The position numbers were made by a program, and so were the translations under genes. The notes under the pieces were generated by a model. That model saw only the letters and a list, made by a program, of their open reading frames with translations, was not told the origin of the DNA and did no database searches. A stretch of DNA of 64,000 bases. Origin: an uncultured Acidimicrobiia bacterium. GTDB lineage: Bacteria > Acidobacteriota > Terriglobia > Versatilivoradales > Versatilivoraceae. How positions within the stretch are numbered: position 1 is the stretch's first letter; the number at the start of each line of letters is the position of its first letter. The stretch spans positions 928,001-992,000 of the forward strand of contig CAWBAT010000005.1 in assembly GCA_963786955.1 (NCBI GenBank). The letters are read 5' to 3'. This document shows, piece by piece, positions 21,550 to 31,198 of this stretch.

Positions 21550-22611
21550 TCAATCAACTTTTCCAGGGAGGAAACTATAATCCGTTACCGCCGATCCATC
21601 CCCCAGCAGGACCCCTCGCGCAAGAGTGGCGTGGCTCCCGACCTGACAGTCCTTTCCGAGGATACAACCCACGAGATGGGCACTTTCACCGATATTCGCA
21701 TTGGACCAGATCACACTGCTTTCGATGACAGTATCATCTCCAATCTGGCAGTTTTCGCCAAGGCAAGAGGAATAAATTCGAACTCTCTTCCCTAACTTGA
21801 CACTTTTTCCAATGATAGAGCCTTCATCGATGATTGAACCGTCGGAGGTTGAATTCCGGTGATGGTTTGCCCCCAATAAGCTCTCCCTTTCGAAGAGAGG
21901 CCGAAAACGACCCGCTAGAATGTCTTGATGAACCTGCATGTACTTTTGAGGCGTCCCGATATCGATCCAATAGCCGTTTGAAACGTAAGCGTAGACTGGT
22001 CGCTGTTCCTGTAGCAGCGCTGGAAACACTCCCCGCTCAAATGAAAATTTTTGTCCCGCGGGTATCCTTTGTAAGACTTCAGGCTCGAGGATATAAGTTC
22101 CCGCATTGATCGTATTACAGGTAATTTCATCTTTTCCAGGTTTCTCTAGAAATCGTGTGATCCTGCCATCCGGCTCTGTTTCGACAAGACCATAAGCCGA
22201 AGGGTTCTCCACTCGCGTCAGAACTAACGTGGCTGTGGCATTTCTAGAACGATGCCGTGCAATCACGTGGCTGAGGTCAAGATCACACAGGATATCTCCG
22301 TTCAAGACAACCGTTGCTTCTTGGAGCAACGATTCGGCATTCTTGAAAGCTCCCGCGGTTCCCAGCGGGGTCTGCTCAACCACATAATAAATCCGGCAGC
22401 CGTAGGCAGAACCATCGCCTAATACTTTCTCGATTTTGTCAGGCTGGTAGCCAAGGCTTAAGATAACTTCGCAAATCCCATGACGTCGGAGCAATTCAAT
22501 TTGATAGCAGAGGAATGGAATATTGCCGACCGGAACAACTGCCTTGGGGGTGCTTAATGTGAGGGGGCGTAATCGAGTGCCTTCACCGCCGGCCAATATA
22601 AGTGCCTTCAT
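21550..22611 (-). CDS. NDP-sugar pyrophosphorylase (mannose-1-phosphate guanylyltransferase-like) with left-handed beta-helix C-terminus
   Basis: LAGGEGTRLRPLT...PK, LGTAG, NGD, FLEKP, WIDIGTP, and hexapeptide repeats. Confidence 0.9.
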   Translation of the reverse strand: MKALILAGGEGTRLRPLTLSTPKAVVPVGNIPFLCYQIELLRRHGICEVILSLGYQPDKIEKVLGDGSAYGCRIYYVVEQTPLGTAGAFKNAESLLQEATVVLNGDILCDLDLSHVIARHRSRNATATLVLTRVENPSAYGLVETEPDGRITRFLEKPGKDEITCNTINAGTYILEPEVLQRIPAGQKFSFERGVFPALLQEQRPVYAYVSNGYWIDIGTPQKYMQVHQDILAGRFRPLFERESLLGANHHRNSTSDGSIIDEGSIIGKSVKLGKRVRIYSSCLGENCQIGDDTVIESSVIWSNANIGESAHLVGCILGKDCQVGSHATLARGVLLGDGSAVTDYSFLPGKVD

Positions 22612-22919
22612 GCCGCAATTCCTACTAGAAACTTTGATAAGGCTTCTATAATCAATTCAATCTCCCTTGAAAGAGCCTGCACTTTAGCATTTTAAAGTAC
22701 GGAGTTCAAATTGAGTCGCACAACCGGCGCAACCCAGAAACTTCCCGCCGCAATAAAACTCATGGCGCTGAAAAATAATCGATCAAAATGCGCACCATCC
22801 CCTTCGAAATGAGAATGACACCGCTCTTAATCTTTTCAGTGTTTCTTTCGAATTTTGCGAGCTGCTGTGGTTAATAAACGACCTGGTACCACGGTTCTCG
22901 GCTGGCCAACCTATCCGTG

Positions 22920-22948
22920 TTGCTTCATGTAAAGGATTATAATAAACT
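22920..22948 (+). promoter_or_regulatory. Putative sigma70 promoter for tRNA-His
   Basis: TTGCTT-N17-TAAACT (with an overlapping TATAAT) about 55 nt upstream of the tRNA. Confidence 0.45.
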
Positions 22949-23002
22949 GTCTTGCAGTATCGGTGGCTTTGGAGTTCGCCTTTGCCCCTTTCCTGCCCCT
23001 GT

Positions 23003-23079
23003 GGTGAGTGTAGCTCAGTCGGTAGAGCGCTGGATTGTGGCTCCAGTGGTCGTGGGTTCGATCCCCATCACTCACCCCA
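23003..23079 (+). tRNA. tRNA-His(GTG)
   Basis: G-1; acceptor GTGAGTG/CACTCAC; anticodon arm CTGGA-TT GTG GC-TCCAG; GGTTCGATCC T-arm; C discriminator and encoded CCA. Confidence 0.97.
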
Positions 23080-23167
23080 ACTTTACTTTTCCATCTGAAT
23101 CATCTCGCTGCCCCAACTTTGCTTGAACCCCTTTGTGATTCCATGATTCCCTCTGAGCAGCGCTTCT

Positions 23168-24127
23168 TCAAGGGGTCTTCGAAGAACTTCCTAGGCCAGG
23201 TTCACGTTTGACTTGTTTCAACGAACCAGAGACTCTACCCAGTTTTATCTTCGCCTCAAACTTTATGGGCACCTTATAGGCATCGTCGGAAACCCATACA
23301 TAAAAGGTGCCATTCTCTTTGAATAATCCTCCAAAGACTAATTTGGCTTCGAGCTTTAGGGTCGCATTTTTGCGCCCCAGAACGTCCACGGGTTCGGCTT
23401 TCAGGACTTTGATCTGAATTTCCCTGATTCGTCCGTCATCGCCAATCGTGATTGGAAATTGAAGTTCCGGCTTCAGTTCCTGTAATCGCACGAAATAGAT
23501 GGCTGAGAGGATATCTTGAACACAGTCCGGCACATCATTTAGTTCTTCATTTTTTAATTGAACTTTCGGGCTCTTACTCACGTCAAACGCTTCATAGTGG
23601 CCTTTCCGGTTCCGACTGTCGAAGGTGAGGAAAACGTCCCGTTGTCTCTTCCCTTCACGTAGTTTCTTGGTCATCTGAAGCGAGCAAAATTTCTCTATAT
23701 CAACGACTGACTCAAATGAATCATTCACTGAGATCCCCGTTAAACTCGGAAAAAACCCAGAAGAGAGGGCTGTGGCCGTAAAGCGCTGAGTCGGCATTTC
23801 ACCGTGCACAACGGGTTCGTCGGAGTGGAAAGTGATATCTCCAGCTGTTATCGAAGGGAAGAAAAACATCCAAGGTGGGGGTTCCCACTGGACTTCGTAA
23901 AAGAGTGTTTCCCCAGAGAGGGAACCCTTTTTGAAGTCTTGGACACGACTTTCTACCGGAGATGCAAGGATACTAACGGCAAGCAGCAGGGAGAGCAGGA
24001 TGCAAAGCCCACGATTCGAGAACTGCGGTAACCTAAAGGCACCCACTCCTTCACCCCCAACCTCTGAAGGCGTGAAATAATCATCCGATTGGAACTTCCT
24101 AAAGGGTCTTGAGGAATTCCAGAACAC
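23168..24127 (-). CDS. DUF3108-like secreted/outer-membrane protein (true start probably downstream of the ORF start)
   Basis: Hydrophobic signal-like segment, GETLFYEVQW, QDILSAIYFVR, VWVSDDAYKVPIKFEAKIKLG pattern. Confidence 0.65.
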   Translation of the reverse strand: MFWNSSRPFRKFQSDDYFTPSEVGGEGVGAFRLPQFSNRGLCILLSLLLAVSILASPVESRVQDFKKGSLSGETLFYEVQWEPPPWMFFFPSITAGDITFHSDEPVVHGEMPTQRFTATALSSGFFPSLTGISVNDSFESVVDIEKFCSLQMTKKLREGKRQRDVFLTFDSRNRKGHYEAFDVSKSPKVQLKNEELNDVPDCVQDILSAIYFVRLQELKPELQFPITIGDDGRIREIQIKVLKAEPVDVLGRKNATLKLEAKLVFGGLFKENGTFYVWVSDDAYKVPIKFEAKIKLGRVSGSLKQVKREPGLGSSSKTP

Positions 24128-24866
24128 GCTCTTGAAACGCCTGAGGCTGTTCTAGATTGACCAAATGACCACATGCGGTGAAGACCTCCTGCTCAGCCTT
24201 CTTCACTTGTTGTTTCATTTCAATCGATCGTGCTTCCGGAATCAAAGCATCTTCAGAGCCCGCCAAAATCAACGTGGGAATCTGGATCATTTGCAACACA
24301 GGAGTCGAATCACGACGCGCGGCCAGGCCTAGGCAAGCTTTTGCAATCCCTTCGGGAGAGTTCGAGGCGATTAACTCTCGAACCCTTTGGGTCACTTCTG
24401 GCTTTGTAGCCAGGGTCGTTGCACCCAGGAGTTTAGGAAGCAGCCGCTCGGACAAAGCCTGCGACCCTTCCTGGAGGACGAATTCCGCGGTTTCCTGCCT
24501 CCCTTTCGCAGCCGCTTCCGTATCCGGTAGAGGATGCGTGGCCGCTAGAACCAGACCGGAAATCTTTTCGGGAAATTGTCGGATAATTTCAAAGGCGATA
24601 TACCCGCCCATTGAAAGCCCGACCAGGACTATCTTCTCTTTGACACTTCGATTCCGAAGAAACTGGCTGACTTCACGGGCACAACCCTCCATCGTAAAGT
24701 TAGCTGCCGTAGAGCGTGAATCCCCGAAACCTGGCAGGTCTGGAGCCAGAATTCTGAATCGGGAACTCCAGGCCGCGACTGTTTCGTCCCACATCCGACG
24801 GCTTAAAGGGAAGGCATGCAGCAGGACAACGGGTTGTCCTGTGCCTTGGTCAGTAAACGCAAGCAT
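24099..24866 (-). CDS. Alpha/beta fold hydrolase
   Basis: LLHAFP oxyanion loop, GLSMGG nucleophile elbow, GSEDAL acid, GHLVNLE catalytic His. Confidence 0.9.
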   Translation of the reverse strand: MLAFTDQGTGQPVVLLHAFPLSRRMWDETVAAWSSRFRILAPDLPGFGDSRSTAANFTMEGCAREVSQFLRNRSVKEKIVLVGLSMGGYIAFEIIRQFPEKISGLVLAATHPLPDTEAAAKGRQETAEFVLQEGSQALSERLLPKLLGATTLATKPEVTQRVRELIASNSPEGIAKACLGLAARRDSTPVLQMIQIPTLILAGSEDALIPEARSIEMKQQVKKAEQEVFTACGHLVNLEQPQAFQERVLEFLKTL

Positions 24867-24915
24867 AGAAGAATCAAATGGTGAATCTAATCAGACAGAG
24901 GGCAGTTCAAAACAA

Positions 24916-26166
24916 TCAACCAACTTTGCCGGCAGATTCAACCCCGGTCCGTCGTGCATAACGTGCGGCCACGTAGTCCTCTAGGAGGCGAATGAACTCA
25001 GCCACAAGAGTCGAGCCTTTCAGGGTCGTCAGAAGACGTCCATCAACAAACACTGGGGCTTTAGGATCCTCTCCAGTACCCGGGAGGGAGATGCCGATAT
25101 TGGCATGCTTAGATTCTCCGGGGCCGTTGACCACACATCCCATTACGGCCACTTTCAATTCCTCGACGCCTCGATAGTGTTCTTTCCAAGTAGGCATTTG
25201 AGTGCGGAGATAGGTCTGAATCTGGTCGGCCATTTCCTGGAAGAATGTACTCGTCGTACGGCCACATCCTGGGCAAGCAGTCACTTGAGGAACAAAACTG
25301 CGAATGCCCATCGACTGCAGGATTTGTTGAGACACACGTACTTCCTCACAGCGATCTCCATTAGGTAAGGGAGTCAAAGAGACCCGTATCGTGTCTCCAA
25401 TGCCCTCCTGCAGCAGCACAGCCAGCCCCGCGGTGCTGGCCACAACGCCCTTGGCGCCCATGCCTGCCTCCGTTAACCCCAAATGCAAAGGGTAATCACA
25501 TCTGTTCGCCAGCAGGCGATAGACATCAATTAGGTCTTGCACTCCGGAAACCTTGGCGCTCAGGACAATCCGCTCGCGGTTCAAACCGCATTCCTCGGCT
25601 TGCTCGGCCGATTCCAGGGCACTTCGTACAATCGCCTCGAGGGTCACTTCACGTGCTTCTCGAGGCTCCGGAAGCGCCGCATTTTCATCCATGAGTCGGG
25701 ATAAGAGCACCTGGTCAAGCGAGCCCCAGTTCACCCCGATGCGAACCGGTTTGCCATTTTCCCGGGCAACCTGGATCATGCGCTGAAAATTCTCATCGTG
25801 GTGGCGACCTGCGCCGACATTCCCTGGGTTAATCCGGTACTTCGCCAACGCTCGAGCGCATTTCGAATATTCAGTCAACAGGATATGGCCGTTATAGTGG
25901 AAGTCGCCGATGATCGGAACCTCCACTCCCTGGTCCTTTAACTGCTCGACAATCTCCGGCACAGCCGCAGCAGCCTCGTGGGTATTGACTGTCACGCGAA
26001 CAAGCTCTGAACCGGCCCTGGCCAAGTCTGTAACCTGCTGAACCGTTGCGCGAATGTTGGCTGTATCGGTGTTGGTCATGGACTGAACTGCAATGGGATG
26101 CGCACTCCCGACTGCCACATTCCCAACTTGAGTCACAATCGTTCGCCGCCGCTTGATCTCCGCCAT
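24916..26166 (-). CDS. ispG: (E)-4-hydroxy-3-methylbut-2-enyl-diphosphate synthase
   Basis: [54 protein letters not shown]. Confidence 0.97.
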   Translation of the reverse strand: MAEIKRRRTIVTQVGNVAVGSAHPIAVQSMTNTDTANIRATVQQVTDLARAGSELVRVTVNTHEAAAAVPEIVEQLKDQGVEVPIIGDFHYNGHILLTEYSKCARALAKYRINPGNVGAGRHHDENFQRMIQVARENGKPVRIGVNWGSLDQVLLSRLMDENAALPEPREAREVTLEAIVRSALESAEQAEECGLNRERIVLSAKVSGVQDLIDVYRLLANRCDYPLHLGLTEAGMGAKGVVASTAGLAVLLQEGIGDTIRVSLTPLPNGDRCEEVRVSQQILQSMGIRSFVPQVTACPGCGRTTSTFFQEMADQIQTYLRTQMPTWKEHYRGVEELKVAVMGCVVNGPGESKHANIGISLPGTGEDPKAPVFVDGRLLTTLKGSTLVAEFIRLLEDYVAARYARRTGVESAGKVG

Positions 26167-26333
26167 AGCCTTAAATACCCTATCCTCTCATCTAACCAAT
26201 ATACTCAGCTTAAAGACAGAAGTGGGTACGGTCAAGTTGGAATGATGCCCTGGGATTTAGCACGCGGGAAGCGCTTTGTTAAAAGGGACATTGACTTGAT
26301 TTAACCCCTTGTTCACACTAAGTTGTATTTCTA

Positions 26334-26361
26334 TTGAATTATAGAATTCTGTAATTATAAG
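26334..26361 (+). promoter_or_regulatory. Putative parA promoter overlapped by a 20-bp imperfect palindrome
   Basis: TTGAAT-N16-TATAAG; palindrome AATTATAGAATTCTGTAATT at 26337-26356. Confidence 0.45.
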
Positions 26362-26381
26362 CAGGCCGACCGCATGGCGAC

Positions 26382-27143
26382 ATGATTACTTCTGTTATCT
26401 CTATGAAAGGCGGCACCGCTAAAACGACAACAGCCGTCAATTTGGCAGCCTATTTGGCTCTGGGTGGATTGCGCATCTTGTTGATCGACCTTGACCCGCA
26501 AAACTTTGCGACGATCTCCACTGGATTGGAATGGCGGGAGGCAAAGGCCACCATTGCTACGGCATTCCTAGAGGATGGCCAACTTGCAGACGCCATTCTT
26601 CCAGGGAAGGTCCCGAATCTTGACATTATTCCGGGTGACCGACGGCTGGCGAGTACCGATGTGATGTTGGCTGATACCAAAGGAAGAGAAAGGATTCTCA
26701 AGGACAAGATCGAGAAATTGCGGCACCGTTACGATCATATTCTAATCGATAACCCCCCTTCCCTCAGCCTCCTCACCATCAACGCTTTGATGGCTTCTGA
26801 CTACTATGTCATCACGGTCTCCCCTTCATTCCTTTCTCTGGTCGGTCTGCAGTCATTGCTGGAAACTGTGGATATGGTCAAGAAAAATATGCATGCCACG
26901 GTTGAACTATTGGGAATTCTTCCCACCATGGTTGATTTTCGAATGAAAGTCACAACTGAAGTCATCGATCTATTGCGCGATCATTTCAAGGAAAAAGTCT
27001 TCAAGAATGTCATTCGGCAAAATGTGAAGTTGCTGGAAGCACCGGCGCATGGCAAAACCATTTTTGAGTATGACAGTGGAAGCATGGGAGCGATGTGTTA
27101 TATGTATTTTGGCAAGGAATTCCTCTCGCGATGTCGAAGTTAA
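26382..27143 (+). CDS. ParA/Soj-family ATPase (orphan)
   Basis: KGGTAKTT deviant Walker A, LIDLDPQ, ILIDNPPS, NALMASD, IRQNVKLLEAPAHG. No ParB nearby. Confidence 0.9.
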   Translation: MITSVISMKGGTAKTTTAVNLAAYLALGGLRILLIDLDPQNFATISTGLEWREAKATIATAFLEDGQLADAILPGKVPNLDIIPGDRRLASTDVMLADTKGRERILKDKIEKLRHRYDHILIDNPPSLSLLTINALMASDYYVITVSPSFLSLVGLQSLLETVDMVKKNMHATVELLGILPTMVDFRMKVTTEVIDLLRDHFKEKVFKNVIRQNVKLLEAPAHGKTIFEYDSGSMGAMCYMYFGKEFLSRCRS

Positions 27144-27442
27144 CCAAAATAGATCTCTTTTCCCCTTCGGATCCAAGGCCTGTCGACCCCGCTCTGGTTT
27201 CTCATCCTGCATCAAGCACCGACGTTGAAAAGGTCATGGTGATGTTGTCTCCTCGCCAAGTGAATTCCCTCGACCGAATCTGCCTGGAGATTCGAAAAAT
27301 AACCGGAGTCAAAATGAAACGCTCAATGCTGATTCGATCGCTAATCGACGGATTCCTCCAATCGCCGGTTCACTTCGATGAGGCAAGATCTTCGTCCGAC
27401 ATTCAACGCTTGATCAACCACTTATTTCACCGCCAGGACTAA
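27131..27442 (+). CDS. Small hypothetical protein, possible ribbon-helix-helix ParA partner (start MSKLTK at 27131)
   Basis: Overlaps the parA stop; Pro/Ser-rich N-terminus then EKVMVMLSPRQVNSLDRICLEIRKITGVKMKRSMLIRSLIDGFL (strand-helix-helix pattern). Confidence 0.6.
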   Translation: MSKLTKIDLFSPSDPRPVDPALVSHPASSTDVEKVMVMLSPRQVNSLDRICLEIRKITGVKMKRSMLIRSLIDGFLQSPVHFDEARSSSDIQRLINHLFHRQD

Positions 27443-27618
27443 CGCTGCGGCATAAGCCCCCCTGCGGGCCGCTACCCTCCAGGATGATCGGCGCCGACAG
27501 TTCTGAGGAAGACAAGAAGCCGGCTACCCAACGGATCGCTGATCTTGGCCTTCGCGTGAACCAGTTTCCGATAGATTTACTCCCGAGGATCATGTTATAA
27601 ACTCAGGTTCTCCCACTC

Positions 27619-27712
<94 letters not shown>

Positions 27713-27877
27713 GATCAATGGCTATTCCTATCGGACCCACTCCCATAGTTATAGTTAAATCTGTAGGAATTCCGCAGGCTAAACCCAAAAAATCCCTGAT
27801 TTTTCTGCCCCAAAAACCGATAAGTTAGACAGGCCTGCAAAAGGGACAAGTGTGCATATTCCTTTCCGGAGGCTTAT

Positions 27878-28363
27878 ATGAAAAAACGAGATCCGTTGGA
27901 GGTGTTTATGAGTCCGTGCAATCATTCAACAAAGGGACCGCATTTGATGGCCCTGCTGGTCGTTTTGAGTCTCGGTATGTCTTTCACCGTCAATACCGCA
28001 ATCGCCATGTCGCCTTCCCCAGACAAGAAGAATCACCATGATCATGATGAGGTCTATGTTCAAGTGGTGTTTGGGGAAAGGGACAGGAGAATCATTCACG
28101 AGTATTGCGCACAGCCTCATTCAAACCTTCCCCCAGGATTGGCCAAGCGGAATGGAAAACTTCCTCCAGGTCTGGAAAAACAGTTACGGCGCAACGGACA
28201 ACTACCTCCCGGACTACAAAAGAAATGTATGCCGTTCCCTATTGAGCTGGAAAGACGTCTTCCCCCATTGCCGCGTAATTATGCGCGTGTTTTTGTAGAA
28301 GGACGCGGGTTTATTGTCGATGCCCAATTCAATATCATCGATATCATTGAAGTGTTCAAATAA
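27878..28363 (+). CDS. Secreted hypothetical protein with LPPGL repeats (RcnB-like)
   Basis: GGAGG RBS, signal-like segment, HHDHDE, and three LPPGLxK repeats. Confidence 0.65.
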   Translation: MKKRDPLEVFMSPCNHSTKGPHLMALLVVLSLGMSFTVNTAIAMSPSPDKKNHHDHDEVYVQVVFGERDRRIIHEYCAQPHSNLPPGLAKRNGKLPPGLEKQLRRNGQLPPGLQKKCMPFPIELERRLPPLPRNYARVFVEGRGFIVDAQFNIIDIIEVFK

Positions 28364-28808
28364 GCTGAAATAGACCGAAAGAAACGAACCGCCAAGAGAT
28401 GCAGTAAAGACTGCCTAAGCCAGCTGATTTGACTCCGCCGTCTCCCAACCATTTGCTTGTGGTAGGAAATCAAATACTCTAATCATTTTGAGACAATTCG
28501 AACTATGGCTTTGCTGCTTCATCGCGAGTCAAAAATGGGATGTTTCCTTTCTCAAGTACTCAGCTGTCTTTACGTTCTTGGCATTTCACTTTTGCAGTTC
28601 CAATTCTTCTTAGCTTCGAGAACTATGGATTCTTAGCGTTTCCAGCCTGCTTCTCTAAAAATTAAGTTCCTGACTCAATCCATCATCTCCGCTATGTATT
28701 CTTGCCCCTTGAGCGGCCAAAATTCCTGGTTTCCTAAAAAATGGGTTAGAAGCATAATGAGTCTATGAATTGGTTAGGAAATTTTTGCGAAAAGCTATGA
28801 GGAGCTAA

Positions 28809-29780
28809 TTGATGGGAACCATTCGAGTGGCATTCTTGGGGGCTGGAGATGTATCGACCTTGCATGCAGAAGGCGTTAAGCAATGCCAGGATGCAAAGCT
28901 TGTTGGCTTGTGGACCCGAACCCCAGCCCGGGCCGCAGAGAGAGCAGCACAATTCGGCTGTAAGACGTATCCTTCCGCTGAAGCTCTGGTCAGTGATCCG
29001 GAAGTCGATGTGGTCAGCGTATTGACGAATCTCGAGACTCATCTTCAGTATGTGTTATTGGCAATCGATGCCGGCAAACATGTCCTCGTGGAAAAACCGG
29101 CTGGCAATAGTGTCGATGAAATTCAGCGAATGAAGGCGGCGGCAGACAAAGCCGGAGTTCTCTGCGTTCCCGTCCATAACTACATTCACGAACCGAGTAT
29201 CCATCGAGCGCGCAATCTGCTGGAGCAGGGGAAACTGGGAGACCTTGTTTCCCTGTATATCCTCTACAACATTCACCATCCGGAAAAAGTGACCGCCCGA
29301 TATCCCGGTGTAATTCGCCAGATTTTGACGCATCATGCCTACGTCACGCTGTACCTGGCTGGCGAGCCCAAGTCTCTTTCGGCCTTCAAGTCGACATTGA
29401 ATGACGGCACGGTTCCCCAAGAAAATCTGGCCATGGTGAACATGAAAATGAAGTCAGGAGCCCTAGCTCATCTGTGTGCCAGCTTTGCTGCCGATGATCA
29501 CAGCGGGGATCCCTGGACGTTCCTCATTAAAGTGATTGGCACCAAAGGGGCGACTCGTTTCAGTTACCGAGATTGGGTTGAGAACAAGCCGGCGGTGGTC
29601 CATTCTCAAACCTATTCAGCCTACCCCTACAGTATCCGTAACACCGTGACCCATTTTATGGACCGCTGCATCCGCCATGGAGACGCACCGTTATCGAGCA
29701 TCGGCGATGCGATTACCTGCCAACGCGTCATTGAAGCCTGCGAGCTTTCGGTGGCGGAAGAACGTCACATTCATTTGTAG
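28809..29780 (+). CDS. Gfo/Idh/MocA-family oxidoreductase
   Basis: FLGAGDVS Rossmann motif, AGKHVLVEKP; GAGGAG RBS. Confidence 0.9.
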   Translation: MMGTIRVAFLGAGDVSTLHAEGVKQCQDAKLVGLWTRTPARAAERAAQFGCKTYPSAEALVSDPEVDVVSVLTNLETHLQYVLLAIDAGKHVLVEKPAGNSVDEIQRMKAAADKAGVLCVPVHNYIHEPSIHRARNLLEQGKLGDLVSLYILYNIHHPEKVTARYPGVIRQILTHHAYVTLYLAGEPKSLSAFKSTLNDGTVPQENLAMVNMKMKSGALAHLCASFAADDHSGDPWTFLIKVIGTKGATRFSYRDWVENKPAVVHSQTYSAYPYSIRNTVTHFMDRCIRHGDAPLSSIGDAITCQRVIEACELSVAEERHIHL

Positions 29781-30040
29781 ATAGTGAGTCGTATCTTGGC
29801 TGCGCTCGACAGCCATCTGAAAGGCGATCCATGCTGTTAGTTCGTAGCTAATCGGTGCCTTTAAGGCTCTCGGCCCTTTGACATCCCCTGGATTTGCAGA
29901 ACATGATGATTTCTAAGTGTCTTGTTCAATGAGTGCTAGGATAGGATTGGTTGGTGTACGGGACCATGTCTTTGCTAAGTGAATTCCTAAGCGGACAAAG
30001 GCGTCTAGGCTGGTTAGGTCAATAAAATACCCTTCATTCC

Positions 30041-30190
30041 ATGACCGAAAAACAAAAGCAACTCTTAAAAAAAATCAGCAAAATTGCGGCCTATACAGCA
30101 ATGACCGGCGGTGCCTACTTCCTCGCTAAGGGCGCTTTAAGCCTCCTATTCAAGCAATTGGAGACAAAGATTGAAACACAGCCGGAGTAA
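30041..30190 (+). CDS. Putative 49-aa small membrane-associated protein
   Basis: Below the ORF-track cutoff; translated by hand as MTEKQKQLLKKISKIAAYTAMTGGAYFLAKGALSLLFKQLETKIETQPE. No clear RBS. Confidence 0.4.
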   Translation: MTEKQKQLLKKISKIAAYTAMTGGAYFLAKGALSLLFKQLETKIETQPE

Positions 30191-30454
30191 TTGCCGAATG
30201 AGAAAGCAGAATCTGCCTTTATGCAAACTCCTAATATCATCAAGGCCACGGAAATACGCTCCGCCAACCCATAGCAAACATCAAAGATCACTCCCAGCAG
30301 ACTTTCCCCTAAACAATAAATCTGCCCCGCAGGTCTCTATCCCGTCGCATATTCTTCTGTATTCAGGAGAAGGGATCCTTCGAATAGGAGATTAAACGAA
30401 TCTGCGTTCGCGGGTATCATTTTTTGAGTCATAGTGTAATTGTGAAAAGGAGCT

Positions 30455-30991
30455 ATGACTTTGGCCGAATTCGAAATCCATCAAGAAAAAGAGCACAGAC
30501 TTGATCCGACAGGACAAAGAATCGGGATTCTCGCAGCGGTATTAGCTGTGTTCCTTGCAATGGTGACCATTACTTCCCACCGCACCCATACCGATGCCAT
30601 TGTGCTGAAGACCGAAGCCAATGATCAGTGGCAGCATTACCAGTCGCAGCGTATCAAGTATCACAATCTGGAACTGGGCGAGGATTTGATCATGCTCCTG
30701 GCTGCGAAAAATGATGCTGTCGAGAAGGCTCTCCAGAAATATCAGACGGAAAAGGAACGCTACAAGAACGAAGGAGAAAAGATTCGGGAAGAAGCGAAGG
30801 AAAAGGAGCAGGAAGCGCGCCATGCTGAACGGAAAGCTCTTCGCTTCGACTTTGGGGAAGGTCTGCTCGAAATCGGGCTTGTCCTTACATCGCTTTATTT
30901 CATTTCGCGGAAGAAGTTTTTCCCATGGTTCGGCCTCGTGGCCGGGATTGCCGGCATCTTGATTGCAGTCACCGGTCTGTGGGTTTCCTGA
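30455..30991 (+). CDS. DUF4337-like membrane protein
   Basis: AAGGAG RBS; TM helix, EANDQWQHYQSQRIK, coiled coil, then two C-terminal TM helices. Confidence 0.75.
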   Translation: MTLAEFEIHQEKEHRLDPTGQRIGILAAVLAVFLAMVTITSHRTHTDAIVLKTEANDQWQHYQSQRIKYHNLELGEDLIMLLAAKNDAVEKALQKYQTEKERYKNEGEKIREEAKEKEQEARHAERKALRFDFGEGLLEIGLVLTSLYFISRKKFFPWFGLVAGIAGILIAVTGLWVS

Positions 30992-31198
30992 AGAAGCCCC
31001 GATCCAAGGGGGGTAGGATTCGACGATCTCACAGAAATGCAGTTGTTCACAACCGGGCTTGCCCGCTCCCGCCGGCCTTTTCCCCCTCTAGCCATCTCTC
31101 AGAAGTTCTAGAAGAACTGAATGGTTAACCGGCATGTCGTTCGTAACGGGGTCGAGCCCCGTGGGCCGTACCAGTCGGTGAAGAATTAATAGAGGGAG

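Noticed and set aside
24178-24984. 268-aa plus-strand ORF and similar long antisense ORFs (e.g. 9452..10033, 54743..55345, 55572..56354)
   Set aside because: They are shadow ORFs opposite well-supported genes, with no motifs of their own.
31008-31025. GGGGGGTAGGATTCGACG resembling a tmRNA 5' end
   Set aside because: No complementary acceptor strand or T-arm ending in CCA at the expected distance and no tag reading frame; the downstream sequence is the antisense of the transglycosylase gene.
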